Assembly: GCA_030704615.1 (NCBI GenBank)
Contig: CM060732.1
Span: 65,286,001-65,350,000, forward strand
Reading direction: 5' to 3'
Length of the DNA: 64,000 nucleotides
From: Takakia lepidozioides
Taxonomy: Eukaryota; Plantae; Bryophyta
Shown: positions 50,301 to 62,401 of the stretch, in pieces
Layout of the letters: the number at the start of each line of letters is the position of its first letter
Numbering within the stretch: position 1 is the first letter of the stretch
Notes under the pieces: generated by a model
Told to the model about the DNA's origin: nothing
Databases searched by the model: none
The model's input: the letters and a program-made list of their open reading frames with translations, nothing else
Translations under genes and position numbers: made by a program

Positions 50301-50888
50301 TCCCTTTGGCACGTAGAGACGCTTTTGCTTATACCGGAGCAGTCCATTTTGCAAGTGGAACTGCGATTTAACCCCCCTCCTCAAGTCCTGCATCACGGAC
50401 TTCGCCAGCTCATCCTTCCGGCAAGCCTTCCAGATCTTCCTTTGGAGCGCCGTCTCGCCCCTGTACACCAACATGAGCTGCTGCTTTCTACTTAAAGCAT
50501 CGGCCACCACATTGTCACGTCCCGGTTTGTATTGGATATCCACGTCAAACACTGCCAAAGTATCTTGCCACCTAAGTTGTTTTGGGGACAACTTGGGCTG
50601 CGTGGCAAAATACTTCACCGTAACATTGTCCGTGAACACCTTCACTGGGTTGGAACCAACATAGTGGCGCCAAAGCTCAAGGCAATGCACCACCGCCTTC
50701 ATCTCTTTTTTGTGCGTCGGCCACCGTCGCTCCACTTCATTTAGTTTCTTACTTTCGTAAGCCACTAGACGTCTATCTTGCATAAGTACACCCCCAATCG
50801 CGAAGTCCGACGCATCCGTATGAATCTCGAACGGACGATCGAACTCCGGGATTTTCAAGACTGGAGCTTCCGCCATCCGCTGCTTCAA
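47351..50888 (-). mobile_element. Chromovirus (Ty3/Gypsy) 3' half: RNaseH-integrase-chromodomain, PPT and ~1.6-kb 3' LTR (~47351-48961)
   Basis: Minus-strand PPT GGGGGAGAAAA (48962-48972) followed by TG; candidate LTR end CCGTGACA at 47351 (approximate). Confidence 0.8.
48996..50888 (-). CDS. Pol fragment: RNase H, integrase, chromodomain (630 aa, 5'-truncated)
   Basis: HTDASDFAIGG, HDSPLAGH..CTTC, MDFM, SDRDPKF, DGQTER, YAGPF, YEVEAVL..YLVKWKGY..ASWV. Confidence 0.93.
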   Translation of the reverse strand: MKQRMAEAPVLKIPEFDRPFEIHTDASDFAIGGVLMQDRRLVAYESKKLNEVERRWPTHKKEMKAVVHCLELWRHYVGSNPVKVFTDNVTVKYFATQPKLSPKQLRWQDTLAVFDVDIQYKPGRDNVVADALSRKQQLMLVYRGETALQRKIWKACRKDELAKSVMQDLRRGVKSQFHLQNGLLRYKQKRLYVPKGGIRDSLLRKCHDSPLAGHGGAKRTAALLKKEYFWPKLREEAEEYVKTCTTCQQNRSEYKKQAGLLQPLPIPEGTWESVLMDFMTAMPLSKGFDAIMVVVDRFSKMGHFIPTKETATAQETGRLYFAHVLKHHGVMKDIVSDRDPKFTSKFWRTLWKKMGTRLKMSTAFRPTTDGQTERVNSVVKQILRNYVSADQSDWVEHLDAVEFCYNNTEHSATRVSPFVLVYRKAPLVPTSWAAQDVEEPAVAAILEERERLLKLAKYNIAKARKRYERQANRKRREVKFEAGTEVWLNIKNFRLPPEMSPKFVPSYAGPFRIRKVMNENVYELELPANSKVHLVFHVSILKPYFKDEARPNRHQVLRPLPVLLDHENEPEYEVEAVLKSRRFKNRETEYLVKWKGYHHVEASWVRASEMENASEAVAVFEGRPQKRKKR

Positions 50889-51249
50889 TTCAATTGTATC
50901 ACAATTCCAACCTCAGATTTCATCATTTCAATAAATTCAAAATCCATTCAATCAAATTGTTTATCATGTTACATTTCAAAATCTCCAATTTGTTTTTAAC
51001 CTTTATGGTTAATCTTTAAGGCCTTTGGGCCATAATTTTGTATGCTATAACGGATAGCTATAAGGGTTCGAATCCCTATACAATTTTTTATTTTTTTTGT
51101 GAAAACCAGGGCTGAAACCAGTCCAATCTGATATAGGAGTTCATATTCGTATATTGTATAATTTGTATATATCTATATGTATACATCAAATATGGCATGT
51201 ATAATATTGATCGTAATCTGATATACCAATTCAATCCAATGACGCAATA

Positions 51250-51962
51250 AGAAATCTTTAGAGTGATTCTAAGAAACTCTTAGTGTGAATGTGTTGTTTT
51301 TTTAATCACTCTAAAAAATCCTTAGAGCGGCTCAGAGCGGCTCTAAGGGATCCTTAGAGCGATTGCAAATAACAATATAGTTTATTTTGTTTTCCCGCTC
51401 TAATAAATCCTTAGAGTGGCTTTGAAGGATCCTTAGAGCAAATACAAATAGCAATTTAGCTTTTTCTGTTTCCCCGCGGTAGAAATCCTAGAACGGCTTA
51501 GAGCGGCTCTAAGGGATCCTTATAGCGAATGTAAATAGCAATTTATCTTTTTTTATTTTCTTACTCTAACTAATACTTAGATCGAATGTAAATAGCAAAT
51601 CAGTTTTTTCTGTTTTTCCACTCTAAAAAACCCCTAGAGCGGTTCTAAAGGATTCTTAGAGCGACGATAAATAGCCATTTAGCTTTTTCTGTTTTTCGGT
51701 TGTATGAAATCCTTAGAGTGGCTTAGAGCGGCTCTAAGGGATCCTTAGAACAAACGTAAATAGCAATTTAGCTTGTTCTATTTTCCCAATCTAACAAATC
51801 CTTCCATTGGCTCTAAGGATATTAAGGGATCGTTAGAGTAAATGTAAAAAATATGTTAAGTTTATCTTCTTGGTCATGGTTGACCGATTTGTTTTCCCGC
51901 TCTATGAAATCCTTAGAGCGGCTTAGAACGCTATAAGGGATCCTTACAATGAGAGTAAATAT

Positions 51963-51994
<32 letters not shown>

Positions 51995-52070
51995 CCAATT
52001 TAAGAGATCCTTACATTCACTCTAAGGGATCATTAGAATAAATGTAAGAAATATGTTAGGGTTTTTTCTT
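51250..52070. repeat. AT-rich array of hairpin units CCTTAGAGCGGCTCTAAGGGATCCTTAGAGC
   Basis: Repeated palindromic CTTAGAG/CTCTAAG units, architecturally similar to the 40838-42760 array. Confidence 0.8.
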
Positions 52071-52402
52071 CTTGGTCATGGTTGACTGTTGAGGCCATAT
52101 GGCACCCTTTGAGATTTAACTCTTCTTCCCCTTCAATAATTCAACTATTAACAATATAGTTATTTGGCTAAAAATAATGTGATTTTTTGACTAAAATATC
52201 TTAGGGTTTAGCCAGAACTTGTCGACGTGGCCTTCTGTAAAACTTGGCACTAGCTAGATTCCTAAAGATTTGAAGGATAGTGGGTTGTTGCGGTCAACAA
52301 TCATGAAGATGGGTTTGCTGTTTCTTGTTGCCGCTATTCTAGTCTTAGCAGAGACATGAGTGATCGATGCGGGGTCATTAAAGTGCTACGATGGTGCTTT
52401 AA

Positions 52403-52542
52403 CCCCTAAGCGCCTATTCGACCCGTTTTCGGCCGAATGTTTTGGTTTTTCGGCTCTGTTTTTCTCGGATTTTAACCGATTAACCTGATTTTTGGAGGGT
52501 AGGATGCCAGCCACATGGCAGTCAGGATTCCAACGCGCGATT

Positions 52543-52578
<36 letters not shown>

Positions 52579-55500
52579 GTTAGGGTTGCAATTTTTGGCT
52601 GCGCAGGAGGTGGGGTCTGCTTCTGCAACGATTTTTGCTTGCTCCCGCGTTTCGAGCGTCGTCTCTCTCCTTCCCGCGCTTTGCCTTGTGCTGTGATCTC
52701 GTCTATTGTGGCGTTCGCGCGTGTTCCATACTTTGTTGCAGGTTGCCGTTGCAGATGCCTTGACAGGTTGCCGTTGGTGGTCTGCTCCGATTTGCATCTT
52801 CCATTATCTCTTTCTCTTTCAGTCGAGGAAACTTGGAAATTGTGGGCAAGTGCCAAAGACTGAGCCATAGCTGTGAGAGAGGATGGGCCGACATTGCATT
52901 GATACTCAAGGTGCGCATTCAAGGCAGTGTTCATTGTTTGATACCTGAGTTAGATTGTGCGCAGTTAGGGCATCGTGTAGCTCCCCCTGCACCTGCGCAT
53001 TTGGAGACTCAAGCTGCATCGATTGCCAAGTGGGCGCATCAACCGAGCAAGTCGAGCGGATTGTTGGGTGCCTGAATGAGGACTACCTCTTGTGTTTGAA
53101 GAGACCTGCTCATGTGCGTTGGCCTAGATTTCCACAGCCCTCCAACTTTCGTTACTTGTTTAGGCGCCATTGCGCAGAGATTTTGGGTTGGGTAGATCGC
53201 AAGGAGGAAGGAGACCCCCTTGGGTTCAGCGCAGAGGTAAACGATATTTTGAGGCTCGAGGTTTGGCCTGACTTCCAGACGTCTTCTGCCAGCCACGATG
53301 AGGCTCAAACAGCTGGCCAGGGAGAGAGGTAATCGTATTGAACCTTCTTTTGATTTCATGACTGAGGAGATGGGCAATTCGGCCTACTCCTTGCGCAACT
53401 CTCAAAATCCTATATGTGATCCTGCTGGTCATTCCCAAACTATGGAGGACATAGGGATTTTGGGATCCATAGTGAAGGTGGCAGTGGCTGAGCTGCACCT
53501 TCAGGATGAAGCATCGTCTAGCAATGCCCACGAATTTGGATATGGCACTGTGGTAGACAAGACATGGGACATCCTGAATGGTACAGAGAATTATACTGTC
53601 TTTTTTTTTCCTTGGTGTTCATGTGGTATCGTCACAGTCCTGTGTTGGGTGTAATCTTGATGATTCAATGTTGTGCACTATCCCTGAGCTCTTGGGGTTG
53701 GATTCTGAAGCTGAATTGCCTGAGGGGGAAGTAGATGATAGTGAATCAGATTCTGATTGTGGCTATAATCCAGAAGACGATGACCTTGTTGACATCGACA
53801 ATCCTAACTTGATGGACTACTGTGTGGACACGGGGAATCCAATGCGTGAGGTGGGATTATATGATTTGCCGCCCAATTGGGAGCAGTGGGGTCCTGCTGA
53901 GTTGTTTGGTGATGACATGTGGAACTCCTCTGCTACTGAATTGCCAGACATTACATGGTTAGGTGGGGATTCGGGTCCTCGTTTGCCTTTTGGAGATTTG
54001 GCAAATCCAGTTGACTTTTTCAATTTGTTTTGGCCACTGTCGGTCATGCGCCGAATTTGCAGCATGACCAACTTGTATGCCAGGACAGAAAACCAGAATG
54101 GAAACCTGAAAGGAGGTAGATGGTGGTACCCTATCACCATCCGTGAATTGAAGGCTTGGCTTGCTGTTCACATGCTCATGGGAATCAAAAAATTGCCTAG
54201 TACTAGATTGTATTGGAAAGCCAACAATGCCTTCTTCAATTGCCCTTCCATCATGCGCATTGTGTCCCGCAACCGATGGGAGACAATTCTGAGGTGCCTC
54301 CACCTTGTTGACAACAGGGATGTATGCACTATTGACACTGACCCTGCTTTTGATAAGTTAGCTAAAACCAGGTGGTTGCTAGATGCACTAAATGGTTTGT
54401 ATGCCACCTACATGAGCCCCGAGCAGAATTTGACTGTGGATGAGCAAATGGAAGTACAAGGGCAAATATGCCCGAATCCAACAATACTTGAGCAAGAAGC
54501 CTGTGAAGTGGGGTCTGAAGGTGTGGTGTTTGTGTGGTGCATGTTCCAAATATGTTCAGAAGTTAGAGGTTTACCTTGGGAAGGATGATGGGAATGATAT
54601 GACCCATGGTAGTGGATATGGCGTGGTGACAAGGTTACTAGAAGGATTTGAGGGTAAGGGCCATATTGTAACGATGGATAATTTTTTCAGTAGCCCCATC
54701 CTGTTCTATGATTTGGCAGCAAAACAGATCTATGCTACTGGCACGGTAAAAACCTCCCGAGTGGGCTTTCCTACGTGCCTTGATTTGGGGAGGAAGGGTG
54801 AGAGAGGTAGGCCGGAATATCGTGTTCACATAAGTGGCAAAGTAGCCGCTATTGCTTGGATGGATGCCAAGTTGGTGACCATGATTTCCACTGCCATTTC
54901 CCCTGTCGGTCCTGATTGCTTCATACAAAGATGGCACAAAGGGGCAAGACGTGCTGTGCCTACCTCCCCTATTGTGGTTCATTACCAGCAGCATATGCGG
55001 GGAGTGGATGTTCAGGATCAGCTACGGGGTTACTACTCTGTTCAGACCAGGGACCATAAATGGTGGCACCGCTTGTACTTTCATGGAGTTGACACTTCTT
55101 TGGTGAATGCTTACATATTGTACCTGGGTTTTATGAGGGGAAAGGACCACATTCCTCTTAGCCACATGCATTTCAATTTGGAGGTTGCAAAGGGACTAAT
55201 TGTGGGGTGGGTTCCTCCCAAGAGAACAGTAATGCCAGGGGCAGATGTGCCCAACCCGGGGTCCGTGCATTTCTCCCTCAAGACTAGTAGGAGGAGGAAG
55301 TGTGTTCAGTGCGGTATGCGTCAAAGGTATTTTTGTCACGCGTGTGGAGATGTCTATATGTGCCTTGGACGATGCTTTGTCAAGAGCCATAGCCTTCTCT
55401 GATTATAGATACTTCTAGGTTCAATAATTGATATGGTTGATTTCATACTGCAGAGACGTGGAGACCTTTGTTGCCAAAGAGGGGGTATCCTCCTTACGAC

Positions 55501-56853
55501 TCTTTTTCTATGTAGTGGTGTTCTGTCTTTTTCTAAACACAGTGGTGTATTTGGGGGTTGGTTTGTTGTTGGTAGCCATGAAATATTTGTACTGAGGATC
55601 CAACCGTAGAGAGTCGCTTGACAGTCCAAGGAGAGGTATGATTTTGTGGTTGTGCAGTATTGGGGTTCACTGAGTCCTGATCTGAATGGTTTGTTTGCTA
55701 CTCCAGCTTTTTGCCTTAGTGTTCATGTAGCTCCGAGGTCTTTGCTACAACAATTTTGTGTTTCAATTAGGACTGAGTCCATTTTCTTTGTGTCTAGTAT
55801 AATTATGTGGTAGTCCCCCAGTCAAGCGGGGGTGCGCACAAGGGTGGAGATTCCTTCCCTCCCTACTGGGGAGGAGTCTCCCCCCTTGTGTTCATGTGTG
55901 AGTTGCCAATTGGGGCAAGTTAGTGGGTTCAACTCCCATTCACACAATTCGGCGTGTAAAGGTGGGTTCATCTCTGGTTTTTCTGAGTCTGATTTGATGC
56001 TAGTGCTGGCCACATGTTGGTCTTTCTTTGTGTGAGCTGCCAGTTGGGGCAGGCCACTGGGTTCAATTCCCACTCACACAATGGAATTATCTGTGTTCAG
56101 GTTTGTATGTTGCCTCATTGTGTTGGAATTTTGCTGGCCTTCAAGCTTGTGTGGCTGCCTCATTGTCTCTAAACTTTCGGAGTGTGCAGATTGTGTGGAA
56201 CTTGGCCAAAAGCCTTCAGCATGGGCTGCCAGCTGGGGCAGTTCTATGGGTTCAAATCCCACCCATGCTCTCCCACTATGGATGGGAGATGAAGTAGTTG
56301 GCTGCTGTGCTTGATTCTGGCCTTTGTCTTCATGTTGCTAGACTCCATTTTGTGTGCCTTAGGCTTGTGTGGAACTTGGGCAAAAGAATGAGAGCAGGTG
56401 GAAGCTGATGTGCACATGCCAGGTGTCTTTGTGCTTCAGCAAAACTACTGCTGCCTATGGCATTTTGACACCCCTTACTTTGACCAGTTGTAAATAAGAA
56501 AATATGAATCCATTTTTTGCATTCTATGGCTCATCAGAATGCCAATGTGCTGGACAACACCTGTAAGCAGGATGAGGTCCTGCAGATTTCATCTCGTCAT
56601 TGAATATTGCAAATTCCTCCAATTTCCCTTATTGTTTTGGGAGGGGCCCAAAAAATGGGCCCCACACTCAACGGTGGCGTTTCTCTGATTTTTGCCTGAT
56701 TGGCCTGGAAATTTACAGGTGTCTGGAAGGGGTAGGTATGTAATGTCCAGTCAATTTTCCCAAAAACTTTTTTTTCGCTGAGATATTCTCATTTTTCTGA
56801 GCTGGGGTCCACTTTTTTCAAAAAGTCAACATTGGGCACTGGGCGCTTAAGGG
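52403..56853 (+). mobile_element. Full-length piggyBac element (4451 bp) with TTAA TSD
   Basis: TTAA at 52399-52402 and 56854-56857; TIRs CCCCTAAGCGCCTA / TGGGCGCTTAAGGG (12/14 match); internal transposase. Confidence 0.95.
53668..55402 (+). pseudogene. piggyBac transposase (DDD) with one frameshift near 54450
   Basis: PVDFFNLFW, LTVDEQM, KPVKWGLKVW, TMDNFFSS, MRGVDVQDQ, KWWHRL, C-terminal CVQC..CHAC..C..C..H. Confidence 0.93.
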
Positions 56854-59015
56854 TTAAAGAATGTTCAGTTCACCCAGTATTGGATCTCGAAAGAGGGGAG
56901 CAAAGACGTAGACGACAACGGCAATATAATTTCTCTTACTGGACCTAAGGTAAAGGAACTCGTATCAGCTAACGACGGACTGTGATAGAGAAAGTGGACC
57001 AGAACACCTACGGCAAGTGCTATGAAGAAGGAACGTGCTATATCCGCTCCAACAACGAGCTCGTCAACCTCGCGAATGGTAACCTGCCTGCAACCTTCGT
57101 CATCCTCGACAAAAAGAAATACCCCTATGGCATGGGAGTACCTGGGGTATCGCTGGTGCCTTTCGTGAGTGTGGCGTCTGACGACCTCCCCCAAAAAACC
57201 ATACTCTTTGTGAAGGAGCTAAAAAACAAGAGGCTTCCAATGGCAAAGTTCACAACGGATGCGTTCGAGTGGACGATGTGGGGGCCGGTAGTCCCTGTCA
57301 TATTGACTGGTTTATTGTCTCTTATCATAATGAGGCCATTCTCAACCCCAAGCTCCCTGAAAGAGCTCAAGTGAAGATTACAAGGGATTGCCCCTTACTC
57401 AGCTACGTGTAGCCTTTTGAAAGACTGAGGATTCACCTTATGGATTCAATCGAGTCGAATTTGGTTCGGACCTCCTCTTGCTCCAGAAACAAACTTAGCC
57501 TGTACCTGAACGTCTAGCAGGTTTTTGCTGAGGCATTGTACACTGGTCCCGACTCCCTTGTTGTTAATTTACGTTTATAATCTACTCATAAGCTTCTCAT
57601 AAGACGTTGTTTGCCGTAGCCTTGTGGCCTCTGACCCCGCGCCCAGATCCGAGTTTTCCAGATATCCTCTAGAAATGATCCCTTTACACAAGCATCAATC
57701 TGCTGTGTGTGATTTGCCCAACAACTAGGCCCTAAAAGGGCTTGAGCTTTTGGCTCAGCCTCGAGATTTCCATTTACATTTAGAGTACTCGTCAGAGCCA
57801 CTGTGATCAAATACATTGATCTGGTTGCCATGCGTTGTTGTTGCAATGTGTAAGACTGGCCTGCTCCTCACTAGAGTTTATTTTCCTCTTAATTTGAAAG
57901 ATATACACAATAACATTGAAATATTTGATTCAATCAACTATGAAAGCAACAATTGCTGGAGGAGTCCAACTTCTCTGTTATATGCACGTAGATTCATGTG
58001 TGGCAGCTTGAGAATTTATGCAGCAAGTAGGAAAAAAGATCAGCATCAGCTCTTAGCACTGGGCCAGCTGAGGCTATTTCGGTGGGGAAGCCACCTTATA
58101 ATTTTGGAGGACCTCAAGCTACCACTACTGACAGAGGGCTCTGCTCAGAAATGGTCTTCCAACAATCTCTCAAAAGCTCCATGGTATGGTTGTTTGATAT
58201 GCTGCGAATCAATGTACTCAACAGAATGCATGCTTATTTATAATTCTCCGAGTTTCAGATCTTGAGACGGTCTTCTTGAGATGTCTAAGAATGTGACAAA
58301 CAGTTATCACTGACCATTAGATGTTGGTTGAACCCTCAAGTACCTGTAGATCTCTTTCAGACATGCAACCTTGGACCCTTATTTCTGACAATGGGCGTTA
58401 TAATTTACAAGCAGTTGTATTGCAAACCGAGAGGTATTTTCTTGCGAGCATCTCTTATCTCTCCTCAAAAAACAATCATAAAATGGGCGTGAGTTCCGAA
58501 AAGTGAAAGACCGCTCTAGTAACTCTCACCCCACTCTCACCACGAACAATTTACTAGAATCTCTAATGATTTCAACTCCGCGTTGCCTGTCGGACACGAT
58601 CGAGAGGGTCTTCTCAGATCGAAGCTTGCATAGGGAGCTCGTTAGCGATTGACTCCAACACGCGGTAGGTATGTGTGTAAGCCCAACAACGGGTTGCCTC
58701 GTCTCCTTCCTCTATACATCAATTGACGCCTCCTCACAATCGTGGATAGGATTTGAGTAGAGTAAGATGGCTGATCCATTGATCCCGAAACATCCCGCAC
58801 AGAAGTCATCGCCAGTGCTGTTTGTTATTTACACGTGGAAGTGCACTATTTCTTTCAAGGGTTTTGGGTTTAGGGTCTCTTTGAGCATATCTGCCCTACA
58901 TACACCACAACATTCTCATGGCTAGCTGTTTTGAAAGAGAGGTGATAAACGTAAAGAAGTGCGATACATACTGAAAGCAAGGTGATATTGGAGAATTCGT
59001 GACCTCCGCTCACAC

Positions 59016-59017
<2 letters not shown>

Positions 59018-59055
<38 letters not shown>
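59018..59055. repeat. (GA)n microsatellite in the helicase 5' region
   Basis: Uninterrupted GA run. Confidence 0.95.
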
Positions 59056-59059
<4 letters not shown>

Positions 59060-59358
59060 TGAATTTGTGGGCAAAGTCTGAATGCCCTGATAGAATCGTG
59101 AAGTAGCTCGATTCAAGGGAGGCATGAATTGTTGCAGAGTGAGATGCCGCCAAGAAGAGATGGTGAATTTGTGGGCAAAGTCTGAATGCCCTGATAGAAT
59201 CGTGAAGTAGCTCGATTCAAGGGAGGCAGGAATTGCCGCAGAGTGAGATGCCGCCCAAGTGAATTTGTGGGCAAATTCTGAATGCCCTGATAGAATCGTG
59301 AAGTAGCTCGATTCAAGGGAGGCAGGAATTGTTGCAGAGTGAGATGCCGCCCAAGAAG
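59052..59358. repeat. Three ~100-bp tandem copies spanning the helicase 5' UTR and start codon
   Basis: GTGAATTTGTGGGCAAA..GAGTGAGATGCCGCC(C)AAG occurs three times. Confidence 0.92.
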
Positions 59359-62300
59359 CAAAAAGCCCGAGGATCTGGGCAAGCAGAATCCACGAAAGGG
59401 CATAAGGGAGGCAGCAGTCGGCCTGCTCGGGGAGCGGCACAAGTGACTCTTTCTTCAGAAAATGAAGTGCGTTTGCGTCGACTGCTCCAAAACAAAAGTG
59501 GTTTCTCTTCAGGGGCTTCACCTAGCCTCAAGGTGGAGCTCACAGAGGGGCAGAGAAAACAGGCCGGAAAGCGTCTCCGGAATGTGTACGACAGTCTTGT
59601 AGCAGAGGGGTTTTCTTCGTCCCAGATTGAGCTTGCATTAGCGGCGCTCCCCCTGGTACTTCTCTCTTTTGAACTCAAACCTGCGGTAGACTTCCTCTTT
59701 GTCTGAGCCGTCTAACCACCTTCAATGGGATCTTCGGAGCCACATTTGGCCCTCATATCTTCAGGATGCAAACTCAACGGTAATTAACAATCCCTTCTCT
59801 TCATAATTGAGAAGCGTTTTGTATGAACTTACCTGTCATCCAAGTCCCTCTCACTCTGCACACTTGCCCCTCCCCATATGCTCCATCCAAGCTATTAGCT
59901 GAAGTTCTATCGCCGAATGTACTATCAACTTAAGTAAATGGCTCGTTTTCAGGCACAGGATGTGTCTCTTGTTTGTAAGGAGTTGAAAGAGCATCATGCA
60001 CATCAGGTGGTCTGTCTTCTCCTTCCTCTTTTTTGTTTAACTGCTAGAAAACTTGCGACCCATCATTTGCCTTTGACATCTCTTCAGGGAGGGATTACAT
60101 TGGAAGCAGCACTGGATTGGCTGTGCTTGAATGTGGCGGCAGATGAGCTTCCTTCTAAGTTCTCTAGCGGCATTCGGACAGCTCCAAGTGAAGGTTGTGC
60201 TTTGTTTTGTGACAATTGCTTCTTGGGCCTCCGGGCACCCCTCCCCCCTCCTTTTCCATGTTCCCCTGGGCTTGTTGGGTCTCTTGCGGCTGTAGTAAAT
60301 TTGTTTCTTTTGTCCTCTCCCTCCGTCCTTTGTCCTTTTTCCTCAATGGTGTGACTGGCAGCGCAATCACAGCCACATACACCAAACTGGTTGCATTCTA
60401 GCAGGCGAGAGGAGCACTTGCTACTCTAGCCCTCTAGTATGATCTTATTGCCAGAAAATGCTATCATTGGCCGTATGTGAATTCTATGGTGATCTCAGCC
60501 TGAGTTACTACAGTCGTATGACATCCCACAACTGGCTCGTGGAGGACTAATATCATCCTGGACTATGATCCTACCATGTTTGGAGGAACCGATAGTTAGA
60601 AAAGTGCTTGTCTCAGGTAGATGGCTTAGTTACGAGAGGCCTAAGTGTTGAGTTTGTTACCTGCATTAGGCACTGCGGTCTTTTTGCACCGTTGGTGGTT
60701 TGATTTTGCTTTGGGTTTTGTTTGCATCGAGTGACAATTCCCTCCCTCTCTCTCTCTGAAGTCTTCCCTATGAGGATCAGAAATGCTTTTTAGCTTACCT
60801 GCACGAGGCCTTCACCCTTAGACAATCACTTGAGCAATAGTTTTTACGTTTGGCTCTGCTTTTTGTCCTCTCTCTACTGTTTCTTCCATTTTGTTCTATG
60901 AGCTTTCTGCGGACGTTATAAAGCACCATTTCATTTCATTTTTCGCTCTCTCAATCGCCACAAGGCGACGGCAAACAACGTCTTATGAGTACATTCTGTC
61001 TCTCTCTGTTAGGCGGGCAACACCATACCAGCTCTTATGTTTGCGGATGACTTCGCATGCCTAGGGGGAACCCATCCAATCTTCTGGAGCTGATTGAGTC
61101 GTGAAGTCTTGACCTGTGGAGGCTAGAAGCTAATGTTAGTAATTGGGCAGTAGTGGCATGCAACCACCATTGGGGGGGGGGAAGGGATCTCTAATGGAAA
61201 TGGGGTGATGAAGAGATTCCTGTACTCTGTTCCTACAGATATGGGGGTATTGAGTTTTCATCCCACTGTAACTGGGATGTGCATATACAAAAAGTGATTC
61301 AATCAGCTAAACGCAAAGCTGTGGCTGTTGCTAAATTTTCCACTGCAGAGGAATTAATACTGAAGTTAAGAGGACAATGCTTTGAAACGTTATTAGGCCG
61401 CCTTGTGATGCATCTGCTGTGTGGGTGGACATTCTAACCATGCTTAATCTCTAGGATTCATTCAGGTGGCGGTGCTCAAAGAAAGCATGTTGGCTTGTTC
61501 TAGAACAGCTAATGTGGTTTTTTGGGGTGAGTTTTGGCCTACCTCCCTTAAGCTCTTGACGTGATGAGTTCAAGGTCAGATGGGGGAGTCAGTTGTATCA
61601 CATGCCCAATACAGATACCTGAACCAATTGTTTATATCAAGGTAAGTCCCACTCCTTGAGCGAGCCACTAACAAAGGTAGTGTCTGTTCCTCTCTCTCTG
61701 TTCCGCCCAAACTGGGGGTGGGGTCTATGGCCGAAGGCTACGGCAAACAATGTCGTATGAGTACATTCTCTCTCCCTTTCTCTATCTTCCTTTCTGTCTC
61801 TTTGTGGTCGTTGCATTTTCTAAGCAGCAGCATATTGTATTTGGTATCCAGTTACTGTGCATATCGTGACACTAGCAAAGGAAGTTAGCGGTTTGGTAGC
61901 AGCTTGGTTAGGTGGTGTTATATGAGCAGATGGTTGTGACTTTGGATCTGCCAACATAGAGGTGGAAGTACATTGACAGGTCCTGTTCTCCCCCACCAAC
62001 TTATCTTCTGATGGACTCTGGTGCCAGGTGGTTTCGCTCAATTACTAGCAGTTGCTCGACCTGATTGGACTCCCACAGTAAAGCCGCCCGAAGAAGGGAG
62101 GTTGGAACAGGTCTCGCTGAATGTTGGAAAGGAGGAGCCACAGCAGCCTGAAGCAGATGCAAGAGCCGGGCAGGCCAGATGGAGGATCGTCGTTACATGG
62201 CTCAACAAGAAGAGTTTTGGTTGTGTCTTCGTCCTCGTTCAACTGAAGCACACATTGTCTATCTTTTGCTCAGATTGCATGGATAGAGGGACAGGGAGGG

Positions 62301-62401
62301 AATATCATGCGTATGAATGACTTCCATATTCCTTGGGGTATTTACAGGAGGATGCTACTGACACTGCAGAAGCAGACAGTGGTGATGAGTCCGATTGGGA
62401 G
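59344..62401 (+). CDS. Host DExH-box RNA helicase (DHX29 / plant DExH7-like), first exons: 59344-59655, 60088-60193, 62028-~62214, 62348-62401; continues beyond the window
   Basis: MPPKKQK..LSSENEVRLRRLL..KRLRNVYDSLVAEGFSSSQIELAL|GGITLEAALDWLCLNV..ELPSKFSSG matches the plant DExH7/DHX29 N-terminus; GT-AG boundaries. Confidence 0.85.
61011..61800 (+). mobile_element. 5'-truncated, decayed LINE (RT C-terminus and 3' tail) in a helicase intron
   Basis: LMFADDF at ~61033, NWDVHIQKVI; 3' motif AAGGC(T/G)ACGGCAAACA..TATGAGTACATTCT(CT)n also at ~60962-61008 and ~63933-63970. Confidence 0.65.

Larger units (their letters stand above)
52303..57412 (+). pseudogene. Intronless secreted 3D-domain (MltA-like barrel) protein gene, split by piggyBac; pieces 52303-52402 and 56858-57412
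   Basis: Frame restored across TTAA: MKMGLLFLVAAILVLAET*..CYDGAL|KNVQFTQYWISKEG..KCYEEGTC..PYGMG..LVPFVSVASDDL..HNGCVRVDDVGAGSPCHIDWF..LLSYV*; one stop and two frameshifts. Confidence 0.7.
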
